DNA of 27,085 nt from Myxococcota bacterium. Its GTDB lineage: Bacteria; Myxococcota; SpSt-1050. The stretch is taken from NCBI GenBank assembly GCA_049969675.1, contig JBMFOP010000042.1:1-27085 (forward strand), written 5' to 3'. How positions within the stretch are numbered: position 1 is the stretch's first letter; every line of letters begins with the position of its first letter. The notes under the pieces are model-generated. The model did no database searches, had not been told where the DNA came from, and saw only the letters and a list, made by a program, of their open reading frames with translations. The position numbers and the translations under genes were made by a program. Positions 19,231 through 27,085 of this stretch are shown here, one piece after another.

Positions 19231-19759
19231 CCGAATATATTTCACCGGATAGTATCCTTGTCCTTTGCGTTGTCCGTGATTGAATATTTTTATTCTCATC
19301 AGATACCTCACTGGCTGGTCTCTTTATCTCCTTTGAAACGGTGGTTCGTCTTGTAATATATGTATGAAACTCATCTATATTTCTGTAAGCAAATGGACAT
19401 TCCAGGAGTATCATTCTCCGCTCCTCATCTGATGACATCCTGAAATGGGTATTATTCATAATAAATCCCATATTTTCACAGAATGCCACTGCCTCCTCCT
19501 CCGCCTCTGAATAAGTATTTAGCTCAATATCCTCATTATCCCAGAAATAGATATCATAAGCCTTGAGCGAGTGATAATAAATCATTATAAACATTGAAAA
19601 GGAATCGCGGATATTTCTATATCCACAGATAAATGCACTCCCCTCCGCCACACCTCCACCATAGCGGGATACCTGAATTCTGTTTGAACTGAGATAGAGT
19701 GTAATAATATCCTCAGCCTTAAGCGACCATATCTGTTTGTCTGTTCTATATTGATACAT
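19187..19759 (-). CDS. Conserved protein resembling the product of the gene upstream of myxobacterial tgl
   Basis: LYLSSN...AFICG...EAVAFCENMGFIMNN...C-terminal LARLLSSF; matches my recollection of that family, and the position fits. Confidence 0.6.
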   Translation of the reverse strand: MYQYRTDKQIWSLKAEDIITLYLSSNRIQVSRYGGGVAEGSAFICGYRNIRDSFSMFIMIYYHSLKAYDIYFWDNEDIELNTYSEAEEEAVAFCENMGFIMNNTHFRMSSDEERRMILLECPFAYRNIDEFHTYITRRTTVSKEIKRPASEVSDENKNIQSRTTQRTRILSGEIYSDAFTRRLARLLSSF

Positions 19760-19762
19760 AAC

Positions 19763-20347
19763 TTACCTAACAGTTGCCTCAATCTCAAAGTCTTTTATTA
19801 TTGGATTTGCCTCTTTTGATAAAAATTTGAAATCAATAAGGGGCTTATCAATCACCACATTGTTTTTACCAGCAGAGCCTTCACCAATGATTACCTCTGT
19901 AAATGCACTGGATACTGGATTCGTGACCTCATCTTTAGCCTTCACACCAGTAAGTCTGATAGTATTCTTTCCATTCTGCAAATATTTTGTGAGTTCCATT
20001 ACGATCTGTTCATCCTTATTTGTAATCTTTTTGACCCAGCTGCCATTTATAAAGAGGTCTATGTCATATCCACCCCTTCCATCCTTTGAAATCTGGGTAA
20101 CAAGGAAGTATGCCTTTGCCACTGACGGGGAGGCTGGTTTTTGAGCCTGCTCATCCGCCGTCTTAACAATATACTGGGGGGCTGATATGTAAATATTTCC
20201 ATCCTTATCAATTTTGATATTAACCGACTTAAACTCCTGATCCCTGACGCCATCAATCTTCACACCATTTAGAAAAATAGAACCAGCCAGAAGTGGAGTT
20301 ACAAAGAGAAAGGAGATGATAAATTCAATAAGAAATCTCTTTTTCAT
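19763..20347 (-). CDS. Secreted hypothetical beta-rich protein
   Basis: SD AGGAGG; signal peptide MKKRFLIEFIISFLFVTPLLA; 3-bp gap to the next gene. Confidence 0.75.
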   Translation of the reverse strand: MKKRFLIEFIISFLFVTPLLAGSIFLNGVKIDGVRDQEFKSVNIKIDKDGNIYISAPQYIVKTADEQAQKPASPSVAKAYFLVTQISKDGRGGYDIDLFINGSWVKKITNKDEQIVMELTKYLQNGKNTIRLTGVKAKDEVTNPVSSAFTEVIIGEGSAGKNNVVIDKPLIDFKFLSKEANPIIKDFEIEATVR

Positions 20348-20864
20348 CACAAAACCTCCTATCAAAAGATATATATTACCTTAATTATTAAAAAAATCAA
20401 CTACTACTGATATATCTTCCAATCATTGCTGTCCAGAATAATCTGCTTTGAGAAGTTAACTATTTGTAAAATGTGATTCATATTGATATAGATCCTTCTC
20501 TCCAAAATTCAATATCTAAGAGGTCTAAATGGATGTGATTTGTTTTATATTACTTTTACAGAAGATAAAATATCCATAATCAACTATTTTCTAATGACTC
20601 CTTTACTATCTCATTTTTAGCCGGACAAGGTCCTTTTGTTAAATTATTTCACTTATCGGCGAAATTCACATTGAAAAAGGTTGTTATATGTGATATGTAT
20701 TCAACCTTATATATGACTGTGAGAGAAAAAATGAAGATTGAAGAGACAGAAATCCGGGTAATGTGTGAGAAGCGGGTGGAACGAAATAAAATAATGGTGA
20801 GTGGCTTTTTGGGGGAAAATGGGAAGGAGCAAAGAATTTTATAAGCATGGGGAGATAATTATTT

Positions 20865-22010
20865 ATGAATAAGATCAAAATTCCTCAATATTATGATTGG
20901 TGGTTTGATAGTGCGATTGAGTTTTTGGGGCATCTCCTGAAAACTGTTGCCAATGTGGAGGTTGAATGGGATGATGGGATAAGCTTTGAAGAATTGAATG
21001 ACAACAAAGTCAATATCTTAGTTGAAGAGATAGAGCGATTAATTCCATATAAACTTAAATATCAGAAGACCAACGAAAATGGACAGACAGAAATTAAAAA
21101 CAGGGCATATTTACCAACTATGCATCAAGGGAAGTATGTAAATTTCTTAGGAAAATCTAAAAAAGAAAAAACTGACATTTTAAAAGCACTTTTAACGTCA
21201 TCTGATAACTCAGGCTCAAAAATATGCGATATTTGTTCCAGAAATTATGGGAACGATTTTGGTATCTCACAGGTGTCGCAAATTGTTTATCCAGTTTCTC
21301 CCGGTAGTCTGTCTTCACAGTGTGGCGTAAGAAAAATACGAGCAAACTATAATTGTTGTCCTCAATGTGCTGTTCTCGGATGTATTGAATGGCTTGATGA
21401 TATTCCCTTCCTTTCAAACCACAAGAATTTAACACATTATTATCTGTTTCCAAGAATTGAGCAATTAGAACAACTTCATAGAGTTAAAAATCTCATCAGA
21501 AGCAATTTGAATCTCAAACCATATTCTAATGTTTTTTCATTAACAAATGAATATCCTCTTGATGAATATTCGTTGCTTCTGCTTTTATTTGAGAAAATGA
21601 TTAGAAATATCAGGCAGATTGAGAAAATTGAGGATATTTTATGTAAGGATTGGATTGTCTTAAAAATAAAAGGCACCGAAGCAACATATCAGACAAGTTA
21701 TACATACCTGAATGAGATAACAATCCCAAACATTAAATCTCTTGAACATATTTTTAGCGAGATAAAGGAACCTTATTCAGGTTTTATTGATAAAACTTTT
21801 GCCGCTCCAATTAAAGAAGGTGTTTCAAATGACATTCGTAATTTGATTATAGAGGAGAATAAATGTTTTATGTCGCAAGGTCTTCTTTTGGATGATTTTC
21901 ATACATTTTCAAAAGCCTTTCAAATAAGGCAGAACTGCGGAATTGCTTTCCCAAAAGATTCAAAAGAGATTTTTGAGAGATTAATAACATTATGGAGGTG
22001 TAAAAAATGA
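20865..22010 (+). CDS. cas8: Type I CRISPR large subunit, Cas8 (Cst1-like CxxC-CxxC), short form
   Basis: Zn-finger CDIC...CPQC; first gene of the cas7-cas5-cas3 operon. Assignment rests on motif and position. Confidence 0.7.
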   Translation: MNKIKIPQYYDWWFDSAIEFLGHLLKTVANVEVEWDDGISFEELNDNKVNILVEEIERLIPYKLKYQKTNENGQTEIKNRAYLPTMHQGKYVNFLGKSKKEKTDILKALLTSSDNSGSKICDICSRNYGNDFGISQVSQIVYPVSPGSLSSQCGVRKIRANYNCCPQCAVLGCIEWLDDIPFLSNHKNLTHYYLFPRIEQLEQLHRVKNLIRSNLNLKPYSNVFSLTNEYPLDEYSLLLLLFEKMIRNIRQIEKIEDILCKDWIVLKIKGTEATYQTSYTYLNEITIPNIKSLEHIFSEIKEPYSGFIDKTFAAPIKEGVSNDIRNLIIEENKCFMSQGLLLDDFHTFSKAFQIRQNCGIAFPKDSKEIFERLITLWRCKK

Positions 22011-22354
22011 TAAGGTTTGAACAAGATGAGTTAGAAATCATGAAAAAAAGTGGGCAGGTTATAGGACATGTGGGAAACAACTATATCTCAGAAATTTATC
22101 AATTGGATAGAACACGGACAGTTGAGGAATTTGAAAAGCAGATTAAAAATATAGCCTTACGCGCAATAAGTATCGGGAAAAAGGAAGAGGAATCAGTTTA
22201 TACAAAACCGCTTGCGGACCTAATGGAGGTGGTAAACAAGTATAAAGATAATCATGATGAGATAAAGGATATTGTCCTGGTTTATGCAACATATTATTTA
22301 GGAGCTATTAAACACTCAAAAAAACAAGGAGGTATTGAAAATGAAGGCAATTAA
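22007..22354 (+). CDS. cas11: Type I CRISPR small subunit Cas11, separately encoded
   Basis: 115-aa helical protein between cas8 and cas7; SD GGAGGTG (21994-22000); 'IYQLDRTRTVEEF' resembles the Cas8b C-terminal/Cas11 helical bundle. Confidence 0.65.
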   Translation: MIRFEQDELEIMKKSGQVIGHVGNNYISEIYQLDRTRTVEEFEKQIKNIALRAISIGKKEEESVYTKPLADLMEVVNKYKDNHDEIKDIVLVYATYYLGAIKHSKKQGGIENEGN

Positions 22355-23300
22355 TGCTGTATGGATGGCGAGGACAGATTTAACAAATCTGAACTCTGGT
22401 ATTGGTGGAAGCAATCTTGTGGATGTAAAGAAATATAAACTTCACGGTATTGACTATCCCTATGTAAGCGGTCAGGCAATGAGGTACTACTGGAAAGAGG
22501 CAATTAGAAGATTAATTACACCAAATGATTACTGTGTTGCAAATGACAAAGGCGAGACATGCGGAGATATTGCAGGTTGCATTCTGGACGATCTTTTTGG
22601 ATTTATGACAACCATTAAGAAAGGCGAAGATACACCAGGTGGGGCAAGAACCCGTGTATCGCCTATCAAAATGTCTCCAGCAATGGGTCTGTTATCTTTA
22701 CAGGATAATCTAACTATTGATTTTTTAACCAGGAGGAAACCACAGGAAACAGCAGGTGAATTAAAAGGAGATATAGTAAATGTTGAGCTTGCTGTCAATC
22801 TCTATAAAGCTGGCTTTTCTATTGATGTTGTTAAGGTTGGTGGTGAGGAGAAAATAGACCCTAATGAAAGGAAAAGCAAAGGTATTGTGTATGAGATTGA
22901 TGGAGAAGAAAGAAAGAAAAGAATTTTATTAGCATTAGAGGCATTTAAAAATATCTCTGACTTTTCAAAACAGGCAAGAGTACTGACAGATTTTTCTCCT
23001 GATATTATCCTTCTATCTATACAGGACAATTATAACCACCTAATACAAAAGGCGCTTGAAATAAGACCTAATTCAACTGTTGAGTTAAATACAGAAAGAC
23101 TTGATGAGATCCTTGGTGATTTGAAGAAATCAGGGAACAATATCTTTGCAGGGCTACTATCAGGAGCGTTCAAGAATGAAGATAAAATTAAAGAAATTTT
23201 AATAAAGCATGATATAACTGTTACTACTCCCATACAGGCTATTGATAATGTTTACAATAAAATTAACGGATTGACTCTTGAAGGAAAGGAGGAGAAATAA
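22341..23300 (+). CDS. cas7: Cas7 backbone subunit (Cst2/DevR-like)
   Basis: TNLNSG, YPYVSGQAMRYY, DDLFGFM, RVSPIKMSPA, KQARVLTDFSP; SD AGGAGGT 7 nt before ATG 22341. Confidence 0.92.
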   Translation: MKAINAVWMARTDLTNLNSGIGGSNLVDVKKYKLHGIDYPYVSGQAMRYYWKEAIRRLITPNDYCVANDKGETCGDIAGCILDDLFGFMTTIKKGEDTPGGARTRVSPIKMSPAMGLLSLQDNLTIDFLTRRKPQETAGELKGDIVNVELAVNLYKAGFSIDVVKVGGEEKIDPNERKSKGIVYEIDGEERKKRILLALEAFKNISDFSKQARVLTDFSPDIILLSIQDNYNHLIQKALEIRPNSTVELNTERLDEILGDLKKSGNNIFAGLLSGAFKNEDKIKEILIKHDITVTTPIQAIDNVYNKINGLTLEGKEEK

Positions 23301-23311
23301 GGGAATAGGTC

Positions 23312-24118
23312 ATGAATGGTCTGAGTTTTATTCTTGATACACCTTACATCGTTAATTTCAGAAAACCGTACTCAACTATTACGCTTCTTTCATTTCCATT
23401 CCCGCCATTTACAACAGTCAGAGGATTGATTGCCAGTGCAATGGGAATGGGAGATTTAGCGACTAACAGAGATGCCTACAATAATGATTTGAATGACCTG
23501 CAGATTTCATTAAAGCCATTGAGTTCACCTGATAGATTTTTAGATATGGTTTTAATGAAAAAATTGAAATCTCCAGCGGATGCTAAAAAGAGAAGAGAGG
23601 TTTTAGAAAAAGTTGCAAGGAATAATTATGATTTTGCAGTCCTTGATAAAAAAGAAAGATCTCTTTATGAGAGACTTTGCTTACCTCAAAGCACGAGCGC
23701 GCCATTTGTAAAAGAGTATGTTACTCCGATAAAGTGCAAAGTATATCTAAAATACCAGGACCAAAAAAGAAATTCATTAGAAGATATTGCTGAAGCATTA
23801 ATAAACCCTGCCCGTCCTTTATTCATTGGCTCATCAGACGACTTTGTAATAATCTCAGACTGTAAACCGGTAGATTTTATGCCTGATAAGAGCAAGATTA
23901 TTGATTCTACAGTTAAAGTTGACAGCGAAATATATCCACTTAATAAAAAACTTATAGTAGGCAGAATCCCATACAGATTTATAGAATATGGTTCTAAAAA
24001 GAAGAGAGATTACTACCGCGAAGATTGGATAGTAGCGGCTCCAAAGGCAGGCGAAAGAGTTGAGTTAAACAAAGAAATAGATTGTTTTAAAACAGAAAAT
24101 GAATATATCGCTTTCTGA
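23312..24118 (+). CDS. cas5: Cas5
   Basis: N-terminal RAMP motif NFRKPYS...SFPFPPFTTVRGLIASAMG; C-terminal NPARPLFIGSSDD. Confidence 0.92.
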   Translation: MNGLSFILDTPYIVNFRKPYSTITLLSFPFPPFTTVRGLIASAMGMGDLATNRDAYNNDLNDLQISLKPLSSPDRFLDMVLMKKLKSPADAKKRREVLEKVARNNYDFAVLDKKERSLYERLCLPQSTSAPFVKEYVTPIKCKVYLKYQDQKRNSLEDIAEALINPARPLFIGSSDDFVIISDCKPVDFMPDKSKIIDSTVKVDSEIYPLNKKLIVGRIPYRFIEYGSKKKRDYYREDWIVAAPKAGERVELNKEIDCFKTENEYIAF

Positions 24119-26459
24119 TGCCATAGCCAAAAGGCAAGAAAATAAAGGTGTATTTCAATCATTAGAAGGACACACAGAGGACAGCCTTATAATATTCAAA
24201 GACTATCTTTCAAAAAATTTATCTCTCTTAAAGAGATTCTCCAAAGACTTTTCCATAGATTATGAAAGCCTTGTGAGTATTATCTTTCTCGCTATTTATT
24301 TGCATGATGTAGGGAAACTAACAGTGGAGTTTCAAAAGAATATAAGAGAGGGTAAGCCATGTGGTGCTGTTTCTCATTCATTTTTTGGCTTTCCTTTTAT
24401 TCATACTTCCCTGGAAAAAGACGATAAAGAGTTAGAGATTATACTTCGTCTTTGTATTTTATCCCATCATAGTCAGCTTTATAACAAATTATATGAAGAC
24501 GCTGGACTCAACAATAGAGTTAATTATCTTTTGGAGCAAATGAAAATATTTGTAAGTAAGGCAGAAGAAATGTTTGATAGAATTGGAATAAACAATTTTA
24601 TTAGTCTTAAATATATTCCAGTTTTTGAACAGCCTGTATACCATAATTCTTTTCAACTGAATGCTGATATTAAGGATGAACTTTCTGCATTAAAACACCG
24701 CCATAAGACTATGGTTGAAAATAAAGAGTCAAGAATGAAGGCTATTTACTCTTTTGTTTTATCTATCCTTAAATTCTGTGATGCAAAGGCAAGTGAGAAT
24801 TTTGAAAAGGCTGAACTTAAAGGGGGTATTTATCAGGCAATGTTAAGAGGGAGAAATCCCGATATTGTCTATACTTCAGAGTTGTTTAAAACCGCTCAAT
24901 CTAAAATCTTTAAAGGGGAACCTTATGAATATCAAAATCTCATTACCAGCATTCCAAACAATTCATCTCTTTTAATCTCAGCTCCATGCGGTAGAGGAAA
25001 AACAGAGGCTGCTTTATATAAAGCTATAGATATTATTAAGCAAGAAGGAATAAGCAGGATAATTTTTGCTTTGCCTACACAAATTACTTCAAATGCTATG
25101 TATTCAAGGTTGAAAGATATTTTTGGAGATGAAAATGTAGGTATTTATCATGGACTCAGCAGATTTGTTCATTACCTTGAGGGGAAAACTATAACCGAGG
25201 ATGACGAGGATGTTATTCAGGACGATGATATATCAACAATAGTTAGAGAAGAAAAGGTTTTTTTGAAACCAGTAACAGTTACTACAGTTGACCATCTTGT
25301 TTATTCTTTGGTGCATGGATATAAACAGGCAGACTATGCACTTGGGAATATTTTAACTTCAGTGGTTATATTTGATGAAATTCACTACTATGAGCATCAC
25401 ACCTTACGTTACATTATTGAGGCAATGGAAATCTTAAAAAAACTTCATGTACCTCATATAGCAATGAGTGGGACACTTCCAGACTGTATTGTCAATAAAT
25501 TAGGAAAAGATTATGCTTTGATTGAGGATAAGGAAGGATTTATGTTTAAACCTTTTCTGATTGAAACTCAACCCCATACTATAAATGAAGCCATTGATGA
25601 AATTGTCAGACTCTATGAAATGGGAGAAAAACAAATCGTTATCTTAAATACGGTCTCAAGGGCCCAGAATATCTATAGCCAATTGTTAAATAAAATTGGC
25701 GACAAAAACAATATCATTCTTTATCACTCAATGTTTACCCATTACGACAGAGCATATTCTAAAGACAGCAAAGAAGCCAAAATATTTGCATGGAAGAAAA
25801 ACAGTCCTCATAGATGGATAATTGTTTCTACTCAGGCAATTGAGATATCTATTGATATTTCCTGTACTGTGATGCATACTGAGATTGCTCCGATTGATGC
25901 TATTGGACAAAGGGGAGGCAGGTTGAACAGAGGGGCAAAATATCATAACAATCGGGCAAAGATGTTTATTTACAGAACAGATAACTACAAGCCTTATTAT
26001 TTTGGAAAAGATGGAGAGATTAATTTTGTCCAGCGAACAGAGGAAATTATTAAAGAAGGAGAAGTTACATATGAGATTATCAAAGATTGGTGTTCACAAC
26101 TCTATAGTGATATTGAATTACCTCCACAGAATCTGGTGCGTGTATTCAATGAGTGTACACTTTTTGGTTATTCACCCAAAGAAGTGCGTTATTCCGAGGA
26201 AGACGGTAATTTGGTTAGGTTTAGGGAAACGCAATTTATAAAGCAGGATGTTATTCCAGAAATCTACTGGCAATCCGAATTAAAGGAAACGCCTGAATTA
26301 ATTATGGTAAAAGTTCCCTATTGGTGGCTCAAAAAATATCCTAACTATTTTTATGCAGTTGATGAAAAATATACTATTTGCACTTTACCGTATAATGTAG
26401 ATATTGGCTTTTTATTAGAAAACATATCAAGCGAAGATAAAAGTTGTCTAATTACTTAA
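24099..26459 (+). CDS. cas3: Cas3 HD nuclease-SF2 helicase fusion
   Basis: HD domain: LEGH, LHDVGK, SH, SHH, LKFCD..AS. Helicase: APCGRGKT, DEIH, MSGT, HS.F, STQAIEISIDI, QRGGRLNR. Confidence 0.96.
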   Translation: MNISLSDAIAKRQENKGVFQSLEGHTEDSLIIFKDYLSKNLSLLKRFSKDFSIDYESLVSIIFLAIYLHDVGKLTVEFQKNIREGKPCGAVSHSFFGFPFIHTSLEKDDKELEIILRLCILSHHSQLYNKLYEDAGLNNRVNYLLEQMKIFVSKAEEMFDRIGINNFISLKYIPVFEQPVYHNSFQLNADIKDELSALKHRHKTMVENKESRMKAIYSFVLSILKFCDAKASENFEKAELKGGIYQAMLRGRNPDIVYTSELFKTAQSKIFKGEPYEYQNLITSIPNNSSLLISAPCGRGKTEAALYKAIDIIKQEGISRIIFALPTQITSNAMYSRLKDIFGDENVGIYHGLSRFVHYLEGKTITEDDEDVIQDDDISTIVREEKVFLKPVTVTTVDHLVYSLVHGYKQADYALGNILTSVVIFDEIHYYEHHTLRYIIEAMEILKKLHVPHIAMSGTLPDCIVNKLGKDYALIEDKEGFMFKPFLIETQPHTINEAIDEIVRLYEMGEKQIVILNTVSRAQNIYSQLLNKIGDKNNIILYHSMFTHYDRAYSKDSKEAKIFAWKKNSPHRWIIVSTQAIEISIDISCTVMHTEIAPIDAIGQRGGRLNRGAKYHNNRAKMFIYRTDNYKPYYFGKDGEINFVQRTEEIIKEGEVTYEIIKDWCSQLYSDIELPPQNLVRVFNECTLFGYSPKEVRYSEEDGNLVRFRETQFIKQDVIPEIYWQSELKETPELIMVKVPYWWLKKYPNYFYAVDEKYTICTLPYNVDIGFLLENISSEDKSCLIT

Positions 26460-26465
26460 GAATCA

Positions 26466-27085
26466 ATGTTAATAACAAGCAGCATATTAGTCTTGCAGAC
26501 AGATAGATTAGTTACAGATTCCCCATCAACACTCCGTGGATTTATTGCAAATTTATTTCCTGATAATCCCTTATTACACCATCATTTAAATAATTCTGAC
26601 AAGAGTGGGCTTATGTATACTTACCCTAAAGTCCAATACAAGATAATAGATGGGATTCCAATGGTTTTGGGAATTGAGGAGGCTAAAGAAGTAGTAAAAA
26701 CAATTTTGAATATTGACTATCTTAGTTTAAAGGGGAAAAAGTATTTGGTAACTGATAAAAAGTTGATTGAGCAAGATACAGATTTTGGCATTTCAGAGGA
26801 TATACGTTCATATAGATTCCTTACCCCTTGGCTCGCTCTTGATGAGGAAAGTTATAATCGCTATAAAAAACGCAATCCTGAAGAAAGAAAAAAACAGTTA
26901 GAAACCATTATTATTGGTAATATTATTTCTATGTCCAAAGGACTTGAGTATGTGATAACAGACAAGCTGACTGCTAAAGTAAATGTTCACGAAGTCTCCA
27001 CCTCTCTTAAAGGCACTCCAATGCTCGGTTTTCTCGGCACATTCTCCATCAACTTTGAAATCCCAGACTATTGGGGCATTGGGAA
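26466..27085 (+). CDS. cas6: Cas6 endoribonuclease, Cas6b type (3'-truncated; not in the ORF track)
   Basis: Manual translation from ATG 26466: LRGFIANLFP..PLLHHH..YTYPKVQYKIIDGIP..LGIEE...YRFLTPWLAL..IIIGNIISMSKGL..GFLGTFSINFEIPDYWGIG. The frame stays open to the edge, at the start of the Gly-rich loop. Confidence 0.9.
   Translation, partial: MLITSSILVLQTDRLVTDSPSTLRGFIANLFPDNPLLHHHLNNSDKSGLMYTYPKVQYKIIDGIPMVLGIEEAKEVVKTILNIDYLSLKGKKYLVTDKKLIEQDTDFGISEDIRSYRFLTPWLALDEESYNRYKKRNPEERKKQLETIIIGNIISMSKGLEYVITDKLTAKVNVHEVSTSLKGTPMLGFLGTFSINFEIPDYWGIG

Noticed and set aside
19231..19311. N-terminal extension of the TPR ORF (likewise the track starts at 18322, 14857, 13908 and 22335)
   Set aside because: Downstream starts give better SD spacing, signal peptides or stop/start overlaps.
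20865..24118. HNH-fused Cascade or CRISPR-associated transposon
   Set aside because: No HNH motif in Cas8 or Cas5, no tns genes, and Cas3 motifs look intact.
1019..26241. Numerous short antisense or nested ORFs in the track
   Set aside because: They lie within confidently assigned genes and have no recognisable motifs.
20366..27085. CRISPR array and adaptation genes
   Set aside because: No regularly spaced repeats or cas1/2/4 in the window. They may lie past the right edge, so their absence here cannot be interpreted.

Overview
AT-rich bacterial chromosome segment. Several genes (a Tgl-like pilotin with its typical upstream partner, an ASH/choice-of-anchor-D lipoprotein, an AMIN protein) resemble Myxococcota/deltaproteobacterial families, which is unusual at this low GC. 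Bases 1-20.4 kb are mostly housekeeping and envelope genes: Pro-rich AMIN protein, lptD, dapL, a HAMP membrane protein, tolA/TonB-like, tolR, tolQ, a multi-Ig lipoprotein, acs, a Fur-regulated iron cluster (fur-feoA-[Fur box]-outer-membrane barrel-feoB), an M23 peptidase, rubrerythrin, and a tgl-tusA-moeB/thiF operon. From 20.86 kb to the right edge is a type I CRISPR-Cas interference operon with I-B (Cst1/Cst2-like) components in an unusual order: short cas8, separately encoded cas11, cas7, cas5 with an insertion, cas3, then cas6b (truncated, absent from the ORF track). No CRISPR array or cas1/2/4 is visible. The best candidates for novelty are the split cas8/cas11 type I variant and an outer-membrane barrel embedded in a feo operon with its own Fur box and an upstream RGPP-motif small ORF. 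All family calls come from motif recognition by eye; no searches were run.
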